From an uncultured Arcobacter sp. (lineage in GTDB: Bacteria; Campylobacterota; Campylobacteria; Campylobacterales; Arcobacteraceae), in the NCBI GenBank assembly GCA_965140705.1, contig OZ223301.1:224001-288000 (forward strand): a DNA stretch of 64,000 bases, read 5' to 3'. Of this stretch, positions 37,741 through 48,641 are shown piece after piece. The first letter of the stretch is position 1. Each line of letters starts with the position of its first letter. Position numbers and translations under genes: made by a program. The notes below the pieces were generated by a model. That model was given only the letters and a program-made list of their open reading frames with translations. It had not been told where the DNA came from and did not search any database.

Positions 37741-38763
37741 TTATTTAGTGTTAAGAGCACCTTCAATTAAATCTTTTCCTATTAAATTTTTGTCATAAAA
37801 TTTAGGATAGATTTTACTAACAGCTTTTTTCCAAGCAGCTCTTTGTTCAGGAGTTAATTCATATATTTTTAGTTTTCCAGTTGTTTTTGCATATTCTTTA
37901 ATTTTTTCAAATTGAGAATCATTTAACTCTTGCGCATACTCTCTTTCTTTTTGTGTAGCTTCATTCATAGCTTGAACAACATCTTTTTGTAAATCTTTAG
38001 GTAATGAGTTCCAGAATTTTTTAGACATTACAACTAAATAACCAAGGTAACCATGGTTTGAAACAGTTAAATATTTTTGTACTTCATGGAATTTTTTAGT
38101 CCAAATATTTGAAAATGGATTTTCAGCACCATCAATAACACCTTGTTGTAAACCAGAATAAACTTCAGAGAAAGGCATCATTTGTGGATTTGCACCAACA
38201 GCTTTAAATTGTGCTTCTAAAACTTTTGAAGACATGATTCTAAATTTTTGACCTTCTGCATCTTTTGGCATTATAAGTGGTTTTTCAGATGAAGATAATT
38301 GTTTAAATCCATTATCCCAAAAATTTAATGCAACAAAACCTTTTGCAGTTACTAAGCTTTTTAATTTTTCACCAACTGGTCCATCTTGAACTCTATGTAA
38401 TTGGTCAATATCTTTAAATAAAAATGGTAAATCAAATAGTGCTAATTGAGGAACAATTTTACCAAATTTAGAAAAAGATGGTGCTGCCATTTGAACAGAG
38501 TCTAATCTTAATGCTTTAAGTACCGCACTATCATTATACAATTGAGAAGATGGATAAACTTGAACATCAATTTTACCACCAGAAAGCTCTTCTAATCTTT
38601 TTGCAAAATAGTCTGCTGCTTTCCCTTTTGGTGTATTTTCACTTACAACATGTGAAAATTTCAGAGTATATTCTGCTGCAATACCTGAAGTTGCTAATAA
38701 AGTACTAGCTACTACACCCATTACAAATTTTTTACCTGTAAACAGGATTCCATTGGTTTTCAT
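37741..38763 (-). CDS. dctP: TRAP solute-binding protein DctP, soluble periplasmic form
   Basis: Sec signal (..ATSGIA/AE) and the same DctP motifs as the adjacent copy. Confidence 0.92.
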   Translation of the reverse strand: MKTNGILFTGKKFVMGVVASTLLATSGIAAEYTLKFSHVVSENTPKGKAADYFAKRLEELSGGKIDVQVYPSSQLYNDSAVLKALRLDSVQMAAPSFSKFGKIVPQLALFDLPFLFKDIDQLHRVQDGPVGEKLKSLVTAKGFVALNFWDNGFKQLSSSEKPLIMPKDAEGQKFRIMSSKVLEAQFKAVGANPQMMPFSEVYSGLQQGVIDGAENPFSNIWTKKFHEVQKYLTVSNHGYLGYLVVMSKKFWNSLPKDLQKDVVQAMNEATQKEREYAQELNDSQFEKIKEYAKTTGKLKIYELTPEQRAAWKKAVSKIYPKFYDKNLIGKDLIEGALNTK

Positions 38764-38808
38764 GATTTAATCTCCTTAATTATGTGTTAGAAAAAGTATA
38801 ATTAAATA

Positions 38809-38835
38809 TTATGTCAAAGTTATGTATTTTTATGT
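38809..38835 (-). promoter_or_regulatory. Three TTATGT direct repeats upstream of periplasmic dctP
   Basis: TTATGT at 38809, 38820 and 38830. Confidence 0.6.
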
Positions 38836-39029
38836 ACAAATTAAACAAATTTTAAGCTTGCGTAGCATTAAAATAGCATTTTGTTTTTTTGATAATTTTA
38901 AATATCTAGTTTGTACTACCTTAAGTAGTGCTAAAAACAAGATAAAATATTAACCCTTTTTTAAATAAAGACAAGGTATACTCCCTCTCTTTTATGGAAT
39001 ATAAATAAAAAATTTTAAAAGGACAGTTA

Positions 39030-42000
39030 ATGGGTTGTAATTTAGATTTACTTACATCTTTTAAAGATAACTGTGGTTTTGGTTTAATAGCAGATTTAAA
39101 AAAAAGACCAAGTCATAGTAACTTAGAAGATGCTATTCATTCACTAGAGCGAATGATGCACAGAGGTGCAGTGGCAGCTGATGGTAAAACTGGAGATGGT
39201 TCTGGTTTATTATTATCTATGCCTGATAAATTTATGAGAAAAATTGCTTTTCACGAAGGAATAGATTTACCTGAAACATATGCTGTAGCTATGATATTTA
39301 CAAGTGAAGATTCAGAATTAGAAACATTTATAGAATTTTGTGAAAAAAATGATTTAAAAGTATTATTGACTAGAAAAGTGCCTGTTGATACTGAAGCTCT
39401 TGGAAAACAAGCATTAGAGAGTTTACCAAATATTGTACAAGTATTTGTTAGACCAAATAGTTTAATGTCATCAAAAAGATTTGAGGCAATGTTATATCTT
39501 ACTAGAAAAGAGTGTGAGCATAAACTAAAAGATAATAAAGATTTTTATATTCCAACATTCTCATCAAAAGTAATTGCTTACAAAGGGCTTATTATGCCTA
39601 CACATATTAAGCATTTTTATATTGATTTAAGGGATGAAGATTTTCAAATTTCATTTGCTTTATTTCATCAAAGATTTTCTACAAATACTCTTCCAAAATG
39701 GAAGTTAGCTCAACCATTTAGAGCAATTGCTCATAATGGAGAAATCAATTCTGTAGAAGCCAATAGATTTAATGTTGAAGTTAAATCAGAATTAGTAAAA
39801 TCAGAAATATTTAGTGATGAAGAGATAAAAAGAATTTTACCAATTTTACAAACAGGTTCATCTGACTCTGCATCTTTAGATAATATGTTTGAATTTTTGA
39901 TTGCTAATGGGGTAGATTTTTTCAAAGCAGCAAGAAGTTTAGTACCTGCTCCTTGGCAAAATGCACCACAAATGGATTCTGATTTGAGAGCATTTTATGA
40001 ATATAGATCTACTTCAATGGAAGCTTGGGATGGTCCAGCTGCAATATCTTTAACTGATGGTAGACATATTGGTTGTTTAATCGATAGAAATGGATTAAGA
40101 CCAGCTAAATATGTAATTACAAAAAATCATAAAATTTATATTACATCAGAATATGGTACCTTAGAAATTGATGAAAACAATATCATAGAAAGAGGTAGAT
40201 TACAATCAGGTCAAATGATTGGATTAGACCTTAACCATGGAAAAGTTTTAAAAGAAGATGATATTAATAATTATTTGAAATCTTCACAAAACTATGTTCA
40301 GTGGTTAACAAAAGATATGGAGTATTTACAAGAGTATATTGATGAATCTTTTTTAGATATTAGCGATTATAAAGTTAAAGATATTGAAACTAAACAAAAA
40401 TATTTTAATATTACATATGAAGTATTAGATCAAGTTCTTGAGCCTATGGCAAAAGAGGGTAAAGAACCAGTTGGATCTATGGGTGATGATACACCTATGG
40501 CATGTTTTTCGAAAGTAAATAGAAATTTTACTGATTATTTTAGACAAAAATTTGCACAAGTTACAAATCCTCCAATTGATCCATATAGAGAAAAAGTTGT
40601 AATGTCTTTAGAAACAGGATTTGGACCTATATATAATATTTTAGATGAAAAACCTGAATATGCAAAAAGACTAAAAGTTGTAAGTCCTATTTTGATGAAA
40701 GAGAAATATGATGTTTTAAGATCTTTTGGAGATAGTACAAATCCAAGATATAATTCACAATATAAAAATAAAATTTTCTCAACTACTTTTAAAACTGATT
40801 TAAAAGCTTCATTAGAACTTTTATCTCAAAAAGTAATAAAAGCAGTTAAAGAAGACAATATAACAGTAATAATTTTAGATGATAGAAAAGGTTCTAAAGA
40901 TAATAAAATTATGCCTGCAGCTATGGTTGTTGGGTATTTAAATAAAAGACTTTTAGAAGTTGGTATTAGACATCAAGTATCATTAGTAGCAGTAACTGGT
41001 GAAGTTTATGATGCACATATGGCAGCTGTTCTTTTAGCTTATGGAGTTACAGCTATTTATCCATACATGATGTATGGTTCAGTTGTTTCTTTATTTAGTA
41101 GAAATGAGATTTCTAAATATGAAATGCAAGCATTACTTAAAAATACTCTAAAATCAATAAATGCAGGGTTACTAAAAATCATGTCTAAAATGGGTATTTG
41201 TACAGTAGCTTCATACAGAAATTCAACACTATTTGATGTAATTGGATTAAGTGATGAGATTATTAACGATTGTTTCCATGGAAGTCATTCTGATTTAGCA
41301 GGACTTGGTTATGCTGATATTGAAGAGAGAATCGAAAAAATCCATTTTAATGCATACTGTGATGATACTTATATGTTCCCATTAAACTTAGGTGGATTTT
41401 ATAGATATATTAATGGTGGTGAATACCATGATTATGGACCAGCTACTACAAATGCTATGCATAATAAAAATGCAAAAGAAAAAGAAGATATTACTGATTT
41501 TGATACCTTAAGAGAGCTTGTAAATAATAGAGATAAAAAATTTATTAGAGATTTCTTTGAATTTAATTCAGATAGAAAAGCAATTGATATTAGTGAAGTT
41601 GAATCTTTAGAAGATATCTTCAAAAGATTTGCAACAGCTGCTATGTCTTTAGGTTCTATTTCTCCTGAAGCTCATGAAGCAATGGCTACAGCTATGAATA
41701 CAATAGGTGGTATGAGTAATTCAGGTGAAGGTGGAGAAGACCAAAAAAGATTTGGAACAATAAAAAACTCTAAAATCAAACAAGTAGCCTCTGGTAGATT
41801 TGGGGTTACTCCTGGATATTTAAGAAGTGCAGAAGAGATTCAAATCAAAGTTGCACAAGGAGCAAAACCAGGTGAGGGTGGACAATTACCAGGTCACAAA
41901 GTTACTCCATTGATTGCAAGTTTAAGACATACGGTTGAGGGTGTTACACTTATCTCTCCACCACCACACCATGATATTTATTCTATTGAAGATTTAGCTC

Positions 42001-43466
42001 AATTGATTTTTGATTTAAAACAAATCAATCCAGAGGCAAAAATCACAGTTAAGTTAGTATCAACTATTGGTGTTGGAACAATTGCAGCAGGTGTGGCAAA
42101 AGCATATGCAGATAGAATTGTTATCTCAGGTTCAGATGGTGGAACAGGTGCTGCTCCTTTAACATCTATTAAGCACACAGGTAATCCATGGGAAATGGGT
42201 CTTTCAGAAGCTCACAATGCTTTAAAAGCAAATCATCTAAGAGAGTTTGTACATGTACAAACTGATGGTGGGTTAAAAACAGGACTTGATGTTGTAAAAG
42301 CTGCTATGCTTGGGGCTGAATCTTATGCCTTTGGTACAGCTGCACTTACGCTTTTAGGGTGTAAGATTTTAAGAATTTGTCACACAAATAAATGTTCGGT
42401 AGGGGTTGCTACTCAAGATGAAGATTTAAGAGCATTTTTTACAGGTACAGTTGATAGACTTATTTCTTACTTTACATTTATTGGGGAAGATGTTAGAAAA
42501 ATACTTGCATCTTTGGGATATAAAACTATTGAAGAGATTGTTGGAAGAAGTGATTTACTAAAAGTAATTGATGATGAATTTGCACAAAAATTTGATTTTC
42601 AAAATGTATTAAGAAGAATAGATGGAATTGATACCTGTCAAAAGCCTAAAAACGAACCATACGATAAAAATGAGTTTGAAAAAGCGCTATTAAAAAAAGT
42701 ACATAGAACAATAGAAAATCCTAAGATGCCGATTAAAATAAAAGAGACTATTTGTAATTTAAATAGATCATTTGGTACTTTGATTTCTGGTGAGATTGCA
42801 AAATATTATGGGGATAAAGGTTTACCTGATAACTCTATAAATTTTGAGTTAAATGGAATTGCTGGACAATCTTTTGGAGCACTATTATCTAAGGGGATGA
42901 ATTTAAGTCTTTATGGCGCAGCAAATGATTATGTTGGTAAAGGTATGAATGGTGGTAAAATCATTATAAATACTCCACATCAAGGACCAGAATTCGCAGG
43001 TGCAGGTAATACCTGTCTGTATGGTGCAACTGGTGGTAAACTTTATGTTAGAGCAGCTGTAGGGGAACGATTTGCTGTTAGAAATTCAGGTGCAATTGCT
43101 GTTGTTGAAGGAACAGGAGATAATGCATGTGAATATATGACAGGTGGTATTGTTGTTGTTTTAGGTGATACTGGTATCAATTTTGGTGCTGGTATGACTG
43201 GTGGATTATCTTTTATTTATGACCCTGAAAAATCTTTTATTGATAAAATGAATCAAGAATTAATAGAAGCTGTTAGAATTGATACAGATGATACTGAGAG
43301 AGAAAGATTATATTTAAAAAGATTGTTAATGGATTATTTCAATGAAACAGAATCAGAAAGAGCAGCTTTAATATTAGATAATTTTAGACCACAAATAAGA
43401 AACTTTTGGATGGTAAAACCAAAAAATATGACAGTTCTACCATTAGATCCGGATAAGGGAGATTAA
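39030..43466 (+). CDS. gltB: Glutamate synthase large subunit
   Basis: CGFG N-terminus, HQRFSTNT, HNGEIN, QGAKPGEGGQLP and C..LRICHTNKC motifs. Confidence 0.98.
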   Translation: MGCNLDLLTSFKDNCGFGLIADLKKRPSHSNLEDAIHSLERMMHRGAVAADGKTGDGSGLLLSMPDKFMRKIAFHEGIDLPETYAVAMIFTSEDSELETFIEFCEKNDLKVLLTRKVPVDTEALGKQALESLPNIVQVFVRPNSLMSSKRFEAMLYLTRKECEHKLKDNKDFYIPTFSSKVIAYKGLIMPTHIKHFYIDLRDEDFQISFALFHQRFSTNTLPKWKLAQPFRAIAHNGEINSVEANRFNVEVKSELVKSEIFSDEEIKRILPILQTGSSDSASLDNMFEFLIANGVDFFKAARSLVPAPWQNAPQMDSDLRAFYEYRSTSMEAWDGPAAISLTDGRHIGCLIDRNGLRPAKYVITKNHKIYITSEYGTLEIDENNIIERGRLQSGQMIGLDLNHGKVLKEDDINNYLKSSQNYVQWLTKDMEYLQEYIDESFLDISDYKVKDIETKQKYFNITYEVLDQVLEPMAKEGKEPVGSMGDDTPMACFSKVNRNFTDYFRQKFAQVTNPPIDPYREKVVMSLETGFGPIYNILDEKPEYAKRLKVVSPILMKEKYDVLRSFGDSTNPRYNSQYKNKIFSTTFKTDLKASLELLSQKVIKAVKEDNITVIILDDRKGSKDNKIMPAAMVVGYLNKRLLEVGIRHQVSLVAVTGEVYDAHMAAVLLAYGVTAIYPYMMYGSVVSLFSRNEISKYEMQALLKNTLKSINAGLLKIMSKMGICTVASYRNSTLFDVIGLSDEIINDCFHGSHSDLAGLGYADIEERIEKIHFNAYCDDTYMFPLNLGGFYRYINGGEYHDYGPATTNAMHNKNAKEKEDITDFDTLRELVNNRDKKFIRDFFEFNSDRKAIDISEVESLEDIFKRFATAAMSLGSISPEAHEAMATAMNTIGGMSNSGEGGEDQKRFGTIKNSKIKQVASGRFGVTPGYLRSAEEIQIKVAQGAKPGEGGQLPGHKVTPLIASLRHTVEGVTLISPPPHHDIYSIEDLAQLIFDLKQINPEAKITVKLVSTIGVGTIAAGVAKAYADRIVISGSDGGTGAAPLTSIKHTGNPWEMGLSEAHNALKANHLREFVHVQTDGGLKTGLDVVKAAMLGAESYAFGTAALTLLGCKILRICHTNKCSVGVATQDEDLRAFFTGTVDRLISYFTFIGEDVRKILASLGYKTIEEIVGRSDLLKVIDDEFAQKFDFQNVLRRIDGIDTCQKPKNEPYDKNEFEKALLKKVHRTIENPKMPIKIKETICNLNRSFGTLISGEIAKYYGDKGLPDNSINFELNGIAGQSFGALLSKGMNLSLYGAANDYVGKGMNGGKIIINTPHQGPEFAGAGNTCLYGATGGKLYVRAAVGERFAVRNSGAIAVVEGTGDNACEYMTGGIVVVLGDTGINFGAGMTGGLSFIYDPEKSFIDKMNQELIEAVRIDTDDTERERLYLKRLLMDYFNETESERAALILDNFRPQIRNFWMVKPKNMTVLPLDPDKGD

Positions 43467-43467
43467 G

Positions 43468-44841
43468 ATGTTAAACTTTACTAAATTTGAAAGAATTAGT
43501 CCTGAAAAAAGAGATGTTTTACAAAGATTAAAAGATTTTGGTGAGATATATGAAGTTTTTGGTAAGGGAAGAGCAAGGGAACAATCTGATAGATGTATGC
43601 AATGTGGTGACCCATATTGTCATACAGGATGTCCTTTAGGAAACTATATCCCTGCATGGTTAAAGCAAACTGCAAATAAAAATTTGGATTTAGCATTCGC
43701 TTTATCTAATGAAACATCTCCTTTCCCTGAAATCTTAGGAAGAATTTGTCCTCAAGATGTTTTATGTGAAGGTGCCTGTTCTTTAAATACAGGTCATGGA
43801 GCTATTTCAATAGGTGCCATTGAAACTCATATTAGTGAAAAAGCTTTTGAAAATGGATTGGAACCAAAATATCCAGAAATAACTAGTGATAAAAAAGTTG
43901 CAATCATAGGTTCAGGACCAAGTGGTTTATCAGCAGCTACTTTTTTATTAAGAAGAGGTATTCAAGTAGAACTTTTTGAAAGATCTGATAGAGCAGGTGG
44001 ACTTTTAACTTATGGAATTCCTGGTTTTAAACTTGATAAATCTGTAGTTCAAAGAAGAGTTGATTGGTTACTAAAAGCTGGAATGAAAATTCACTTAAAT
44101 TGTGAAATTGGAAAAGATAAATCTGCAAAAGATTTAGAAGAAGAATTTGATGCAATCTATCTTGGAATTGGTTCAACATTGGGTAATTATACTGGTATTG
44201 AAGGTGAAGATTCATCTAATGTACATTTAGCAATGGAATTTTTAACTGGAGTTCAAAAAAGAAACTTTGGAAATAAAACTGAAAACTTTATTGATGTAAG
44301 TGGACAAAATGTAGTTGTAATTGGTGGTGGAGATACTGCTATGGACTGTGTGAGAACATCTGTAAGAGAAGGTGCAAGAACTGTAAAATGTCTTTATAGA
44401 AGAGATGAAGCAAATATGCCTGGATCTAAAAAAGAAGTTGTTAATGCAAAAGAAGAGGGTGTTGAATATGTATTTAATGCTTCTCCTAAATCTTTTGTTG
44501 TAAAAGATGGTAAAGCTGTTAAAATTGAAGTATTAACTACTTCTATGAGTGAACCTGATGAATCAGGAAGACAAAAAGTTGTAATAAATGAAGGAAGTGA
44601 ATATTTTGAAGAGGCTGATGTAATAATTTTAGCCTTAGGATTCAAACCAGAAGTTCCAGCATTTCTTAAAGATTTGAAAGTAAAAACTAATTCATGGGGT
44701 GGAATAGAAACAAATAACTATGCCACTTCTAATAATAAAGTTTATGCAGGTGGAGATTGCCAAAGAGGTGCTCACTTAGCTGTAACTGCCTCACTTGATG
44801 GAAGAGAAGCTGCAAAAAAAATTCTTTCTAAACTTATATAA
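43468..44841 (+). CDS. gltD: Glutamate synthase small subunit
   Basis: RCMQCGDPYC, GRICPQ..CE, GSGPSG and GGGDTAMD motifs. Confidence 0.96.
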   Translation: MLNFTKFERISPEKRDVLQRLKDFGEIYEVFGKGRAREQSDRCMQCGDPYCHTGCPLGNYIPAWLKQTANKNLDLAFALSNETSPFPEILGRICPQDVLCEGACSLNTGHGAISIGAIETHISEKAFENGLEPKYPEITSDKKVAIIGSGPSGLSAATFLLRRGIQVELFERSDRAGGLLTYGIPGFKLDKSVVQRRVDWLLKAGMKIHLNCEIGKDKSAKDLEEEFDAIYLGIGSTLGNYTGIEGEDSSNVHLAMEFLTGVQKRNFGNKTENFIDVSGQNVVVIGGGDTAMDCVRTSVREGARTVKCLYRRDEANMPGSKKEVVNAKEEGVEYVFNASPKSFVVKDGKAVKIEVLTTSMSEPDESGRQKVVINEGSEYFEEADVIILALGFKPEVPAFLKDLKVKTNSWGGIETNNYATSNNKVYAGGDCQRGAHLAVTASLDGREAAKKILSKLI

Positions 44842-44869
44842 AAAGAAGAGTAATTTTACTCTTCTTTTT
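44841..44869 (+). terminator. Intrinsic terminator after gltD
   Basis: AAAAGAAGAGTAA-TT-TTACTCTTCTTTT hairpin. Confidence 0.75.
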
Positions 44870-44980
44870 AATCTAATAAATTTTTAATTCTTAAAATTAT
44901 CCTTAAATTTCTTATTTTTAACAAAACTGTTATTAATATTGTTCTAATTAAAGAAATTTTTAATAAATATTAGGTTATAA

Positions 44981-45271
<291 letters not shown>

Positions 45272-45274
45272 TAA

Positions 45275-46744
45275 ATGGCTAAGATTACAACTGTTATAGA
45301 CATTGGGTCTAACTCAATGCGTATGGTTGTAATGCAAAAAAGTAGCCGTTTCGCTTTTCATCTTGTAAATGAAACAAAAGCAAGAGTTAAAATCTCTGAA
45401 GGTTCTTATGAAAATGGTGGGAATTTACAAGAAATTCCCATGGAAAGAGCATTTAACTCTTTAAAATCTTTTTTAAATATCTCAAAATCTTTAAAATCTA
45501 GAAAAATCTTTTGTGTAGCAACTTCTGCTATGAGAGATGCCCCCAATTCAAAAATATTTGTAAATAGAGTAAAAAATGAATTAGGTTTAGATATTAAAGT
45601 AATTGATGGTACAAAAGAAGCATATTTTGGTGGAGTGGCTGCTCTTAATTTAATAAAAGCTGATGATTTTATAACTGTTGATATTGGTGGGGGATCGACC
45701 GAATTTGCAATAGTTAGAAATAAAAATATAGAGCATGTCTTATCTTTAGATATAGGAACAGTTAGGTTAGGGGAATTGTTCTTCTCTAAAGGAGATATGG
45801 AAGGTGCAAAAAAATATATTTTAAATAAGCTAGAAGAGCTTAAATCTTGTGGATATGAAATACCAAGTACGGTAATAGGTATTGGTGGAAGTATAAGAGC
45901 TTTGAGTAGAGTAATTATGAAAAAAAATTACTATCCTTTAGATGTTCTTCATGGTTTTAAATATAATGTAAATTCAAATATACAATTATTTGAAGCAATA
46001 TATAACTCAAAAAACAACAATACTTTGAAACTCTTAGGTATAAAAAAAGATAGATTTGACACAATAAAAGAGGGAACTTTTATCTTTTCTACTATTTTAA
46101 ATGAGTTAAATATACAAGAAGTTGTAACATCAGGTGCTGGGGTACGTGAGGGTGTTTATTTAACTGATTTATTAAGAAACTCTAATTGTAAATTTCCAAG
46201 TAATTTTAATGTAAGTGTTCGAAGTTTACTTGATAGATTTCAAGTTGATGAAAAAACAAGTGCTTATAATGGCTCAAATGCCAGAAAAATATTTGATGTA
46301 TTAAAACCAATTCACCAATTAGATGATAAATATAGGACCTTGTTAGTAATTGCTTCAAAACTACACTCTATAGGAAATAGTTTAAATTTCTATAAAGGGA
46401 ATGATAGTACAGCTGCTTTTATATTAAATGGCTTGAATTATGATTTTTTACATAGTTCTAGAGTTACAGTTGCTCATATTATAAAATTCTCAAAAAAATC
46501 ACTACCAATGCAAAGGGATATGATTAAGCATAAGATGCTTTTACCCCCTTTAGAAACTATGCAATGGTTATCTTTTATGATATCTTTAAACCTTCTAATT
46601 AACAATGACCTATCAGCACCAAAAGTAGAGTATAATTTAAAAGATAGTAAACTATGTATTGATATGGAAAGTGATATTTATCTAGTCAAAAGTGAAATAG
46701 ATAAATTACAAATGCCAAAGGGCATAAAAATTAAAATAAAGTAG
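45275..46744 (+). CDS. ppx: Ppx/GppA family phosphatase
   Basis: IDIGSNS, ATSAMRDA, DIGGGSTE and GVREG motifs. Confidence 0.9.
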   Translation: MAKITTVIDIGSNSMRMVVMQKSSRFAFHLVNETKARVKISEGSYENGGNLQEIPMERAFNSLKSFLNISKSLKSRKIFCVATSAMRDAPNSKIFVNRVKNELGLDIKVIDGTKEAYFGGVAALNLIKADDFITVDIGGGSTEFAIVRNKNIEHVLSLDIGTVRLGELFFSKGDMEGAKKYILNKLEELKSCGYEIPSTVIGIGGSIRALSRVIMKKNYYPLDVLHGFKYNVNSNIQLFEAIYNSKNNNTLKLLGIKKDRFDTIKEGTFIFSTILNELNIQEVVTSGAGVREGVYLTDLLRNSNCKFPSNFNVSVRSLLDRFQVDEKTSAYNGSNARKIFDVLKPIHQLDDKYRTLLVIASKLHSIGNSLNFYKGNDSTAAFILNGLNYDFLHSSRVTVAHIIKFSKKSLPMQRDMIKHKMLLPPLETMQWLSFMISLNLLINNDLSAPKVEYNLKDSKLCIDMESDIYLVKSEIDKLQMPKGIKIKIK

Positions 46745-46747
46745 TTT

Positions 46748-47758
46748 ATGAATCAAATTAAGAAGCTTGCAATTGTAAAGCTGTCTGCAATGGGTGATAT
46801 TATTCATGCCATGGTTGCTTTACAATATATAAAAAAAAATTATCCAAATATTTTAATTGATTGGTTTGTGGAAGAGAGTTTTTCGCAAGTTTTAGAAAAT
46901 AATCCACATATCAATAATATTTATAGCATAAATTTAAAATTAATAAAAAAAAATAAATTAGAAATTTTTAATCAAATCAAACTAATAAAAAATTATTCAA
47001 AAAATAATTATGACTTAGTTATTGATGCACAAGGTTTAATAAAGTCAGCAATAGTGTCAAGACTTCTAGGACATAGTGTTGCAGGTTTTGACAAAAACTC
47101 AGTAAGAGAAAAAAGTGCTTCACTTTTTTATAATAAAAAAGTATCAATACCCTATGACAAAAATACAATTGATAGAAATGTAAAAGTATTATCTTCTCCT
47201 TTAGGTTTTGAAATTACTTCAAAAATGATATTAGATAAAGAGCCTTTTTTATTTTATAAAGATGAAAATCCTATTATTTATGATTATTTAGATAAAGATA
47301 GAAAGAATATAGTTTTTGTTATTGGCTCAACATGGGAAAGTAGAAATTATCCTAAAGAAAAGTTTTTAAAAATAGCTAATGAGTTAAAAGAGAATTGTGT
47401 CGTAGTTTGGGGTAGCGAAAATGAAAAAGAGAAAGCTTTATGGCTTGAAAACAATTCTAAGTTTATAAAAACTTTGCCAAAAATTGATTTAAATAGTTTA
47501 AAAGCACTTATTTCAAAATCAGTTTTATTAATAGGAAATGATACAGGTCCTACACATATGGCCTGGGCATTAAATATTCCATCTATAACTATTTTTGGTC
47601 CAACTCCTATTAATAGAATTTATCAAACTACAATAAATAAAATAGTAAAATCTAATAGTAAAGTAAATCATTTTAAATTAGATAAAAATGATTTTACAAT
47701 TAGAGAAATTGATGAAAATATTATTATAGAAGAGGCAAAGAATTTATTAAATGGATAG
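46748..47758 (+). CDS. waaC: LPS heptosyltransferase I
   Basis: KLSAMGDIIH, DAQGLIKSA and GNDTGPTH motifs. First gene of the core locus. Confidence 0.9.
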   Translation: MNQIKKLAIVKLSAMGDIIHAMVALQYIKKNYPNILIDWFVEESFSQVLENNPHINNIYSINLKLIKKNKLEIFNQIKLIKNYSKNNYDLVIDAQGLIKSAIVSRLLGHSVAGFDKNSVREKSASLFYNKKVSIPYDKNTIDRNVKVLSSPLGFEITSKMILDKEPFLFYKDENPIIYDYLDKDRKNIVFVIGSTWESRNYPKEKFLKIANELKENCVVVWGSENEKEKALWLENNSKFIKTLPKIDLNSLKALISKSVLLIGNDTGPTHMAWALNIPSITIFGPTPINRIYQTTINKIVKSNSKVNHFKLDKNDFTIREIDENIIIEEAKNLLNG

Positions 47759-48641
47759 TATTTATCTTGGATTATTTTTTATATTTAGGTTTATAACACT
47801 ATATACGCCTAAGTGTATTATGGATTTTATTTTAAAATCAGGAGCAGTATTTTTTTATACTATAGATAAAAAACATAGAAAAATTGCTAAAGCAAATTTA
47901 GACCTTGCTTATGAAAATAAAATTAGTGAAGATGAAAAAACTGATATTATAAAAGGGTGTTATAAAAACTTGGTTTACACACTTGCTGATTTTATAAGAA
48001 ATCAAGGTGCAACAAAAGATGAAATACTAAACAAAGTAACTTTTAAAAATGAAGATTTACTAACAAATCTTATCAATCAGAATAGAAAAATTATTATTAT
48101 GACTGCTCATTATGGGAATTGGGAGCTTTTATCATTGGCAATTGCTGCAAAACTTACTCCTCTATCAATAGTAGGTAGGGATTTAGAAAGTGATGTGATG
48201 AATAAAATCTTAACTAAAAATAGAGAACAGTTTGATGTTGAATTATTAAGTAAAAGTGGTGCTATGAAAGGAATGTTACAAGCTTTAAAAAAAAATAGAC
48301 CAGTTGGGATTTTAGTTGATCAAAATACAAAAGATGAAGAGGGTATTTTAATAGATTTTTTTGGTAAAAAAGCAAGACATACTCCAAGTGCTGCTGTTTT
48401 AGCAAAAAAATTTGATGCCGTTATTATTCCAGCTTTTATAAAATCTATGGATAATGAAAATTATGAAATAGAGTTTTATGAATCATTTGAAGTAGCAAAT
48501 AGTGAGGATAAAGAAAAAGATATTTTAGAGTGTGTTCAAAAGCAAGCAGATATTACAGAAGCAGTAATAAAAAGCAAACCAAATGAATGGTTTTGGTTAC
48601 ATAAAAGATGGAAGAATCAGTATGAACACATCTATAAATAA
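47751..48641 (+). CDS. lpxL: Lipid A lauroyl acyltransferase
   Basis: AHYGNWE, LVDQ and P.EWFWLHKRWK motifs. Confidence 0.88.
   Translation: MDSIYLGLFFIFRFITLYTPKCIMDFILKSGAVFFYTIDKKHRKIAKANLDLAYENKISEDEKTDIIKGCYKNLVYTLADFIRNQGATKDEILNKVTFKNEDLLTNLINQNRKIIIMTAHYGNWELLSLAIAAKLTPLSIVGRDLESDVMNKILTKNREQFDVELLSKSGAMKGMLQALKKNRPVGILVDQNTKDEEGILIDFFGKKARHTPSAAVLAKKFDAVIIPAFIKSMDNENYEIEFYESFEVANSEDKEKDILECVQKQADITEAVIKSKPNEWFWLHKRWKNQYEHIYK

Noticed and set aside
38913..38931. Imperfect palindrome GTACTACCTTAAGTAGTGC upstream of gltB
   Set aside because: Single occurrence with no match to a regulator consensus I can name, so support is insufficient.
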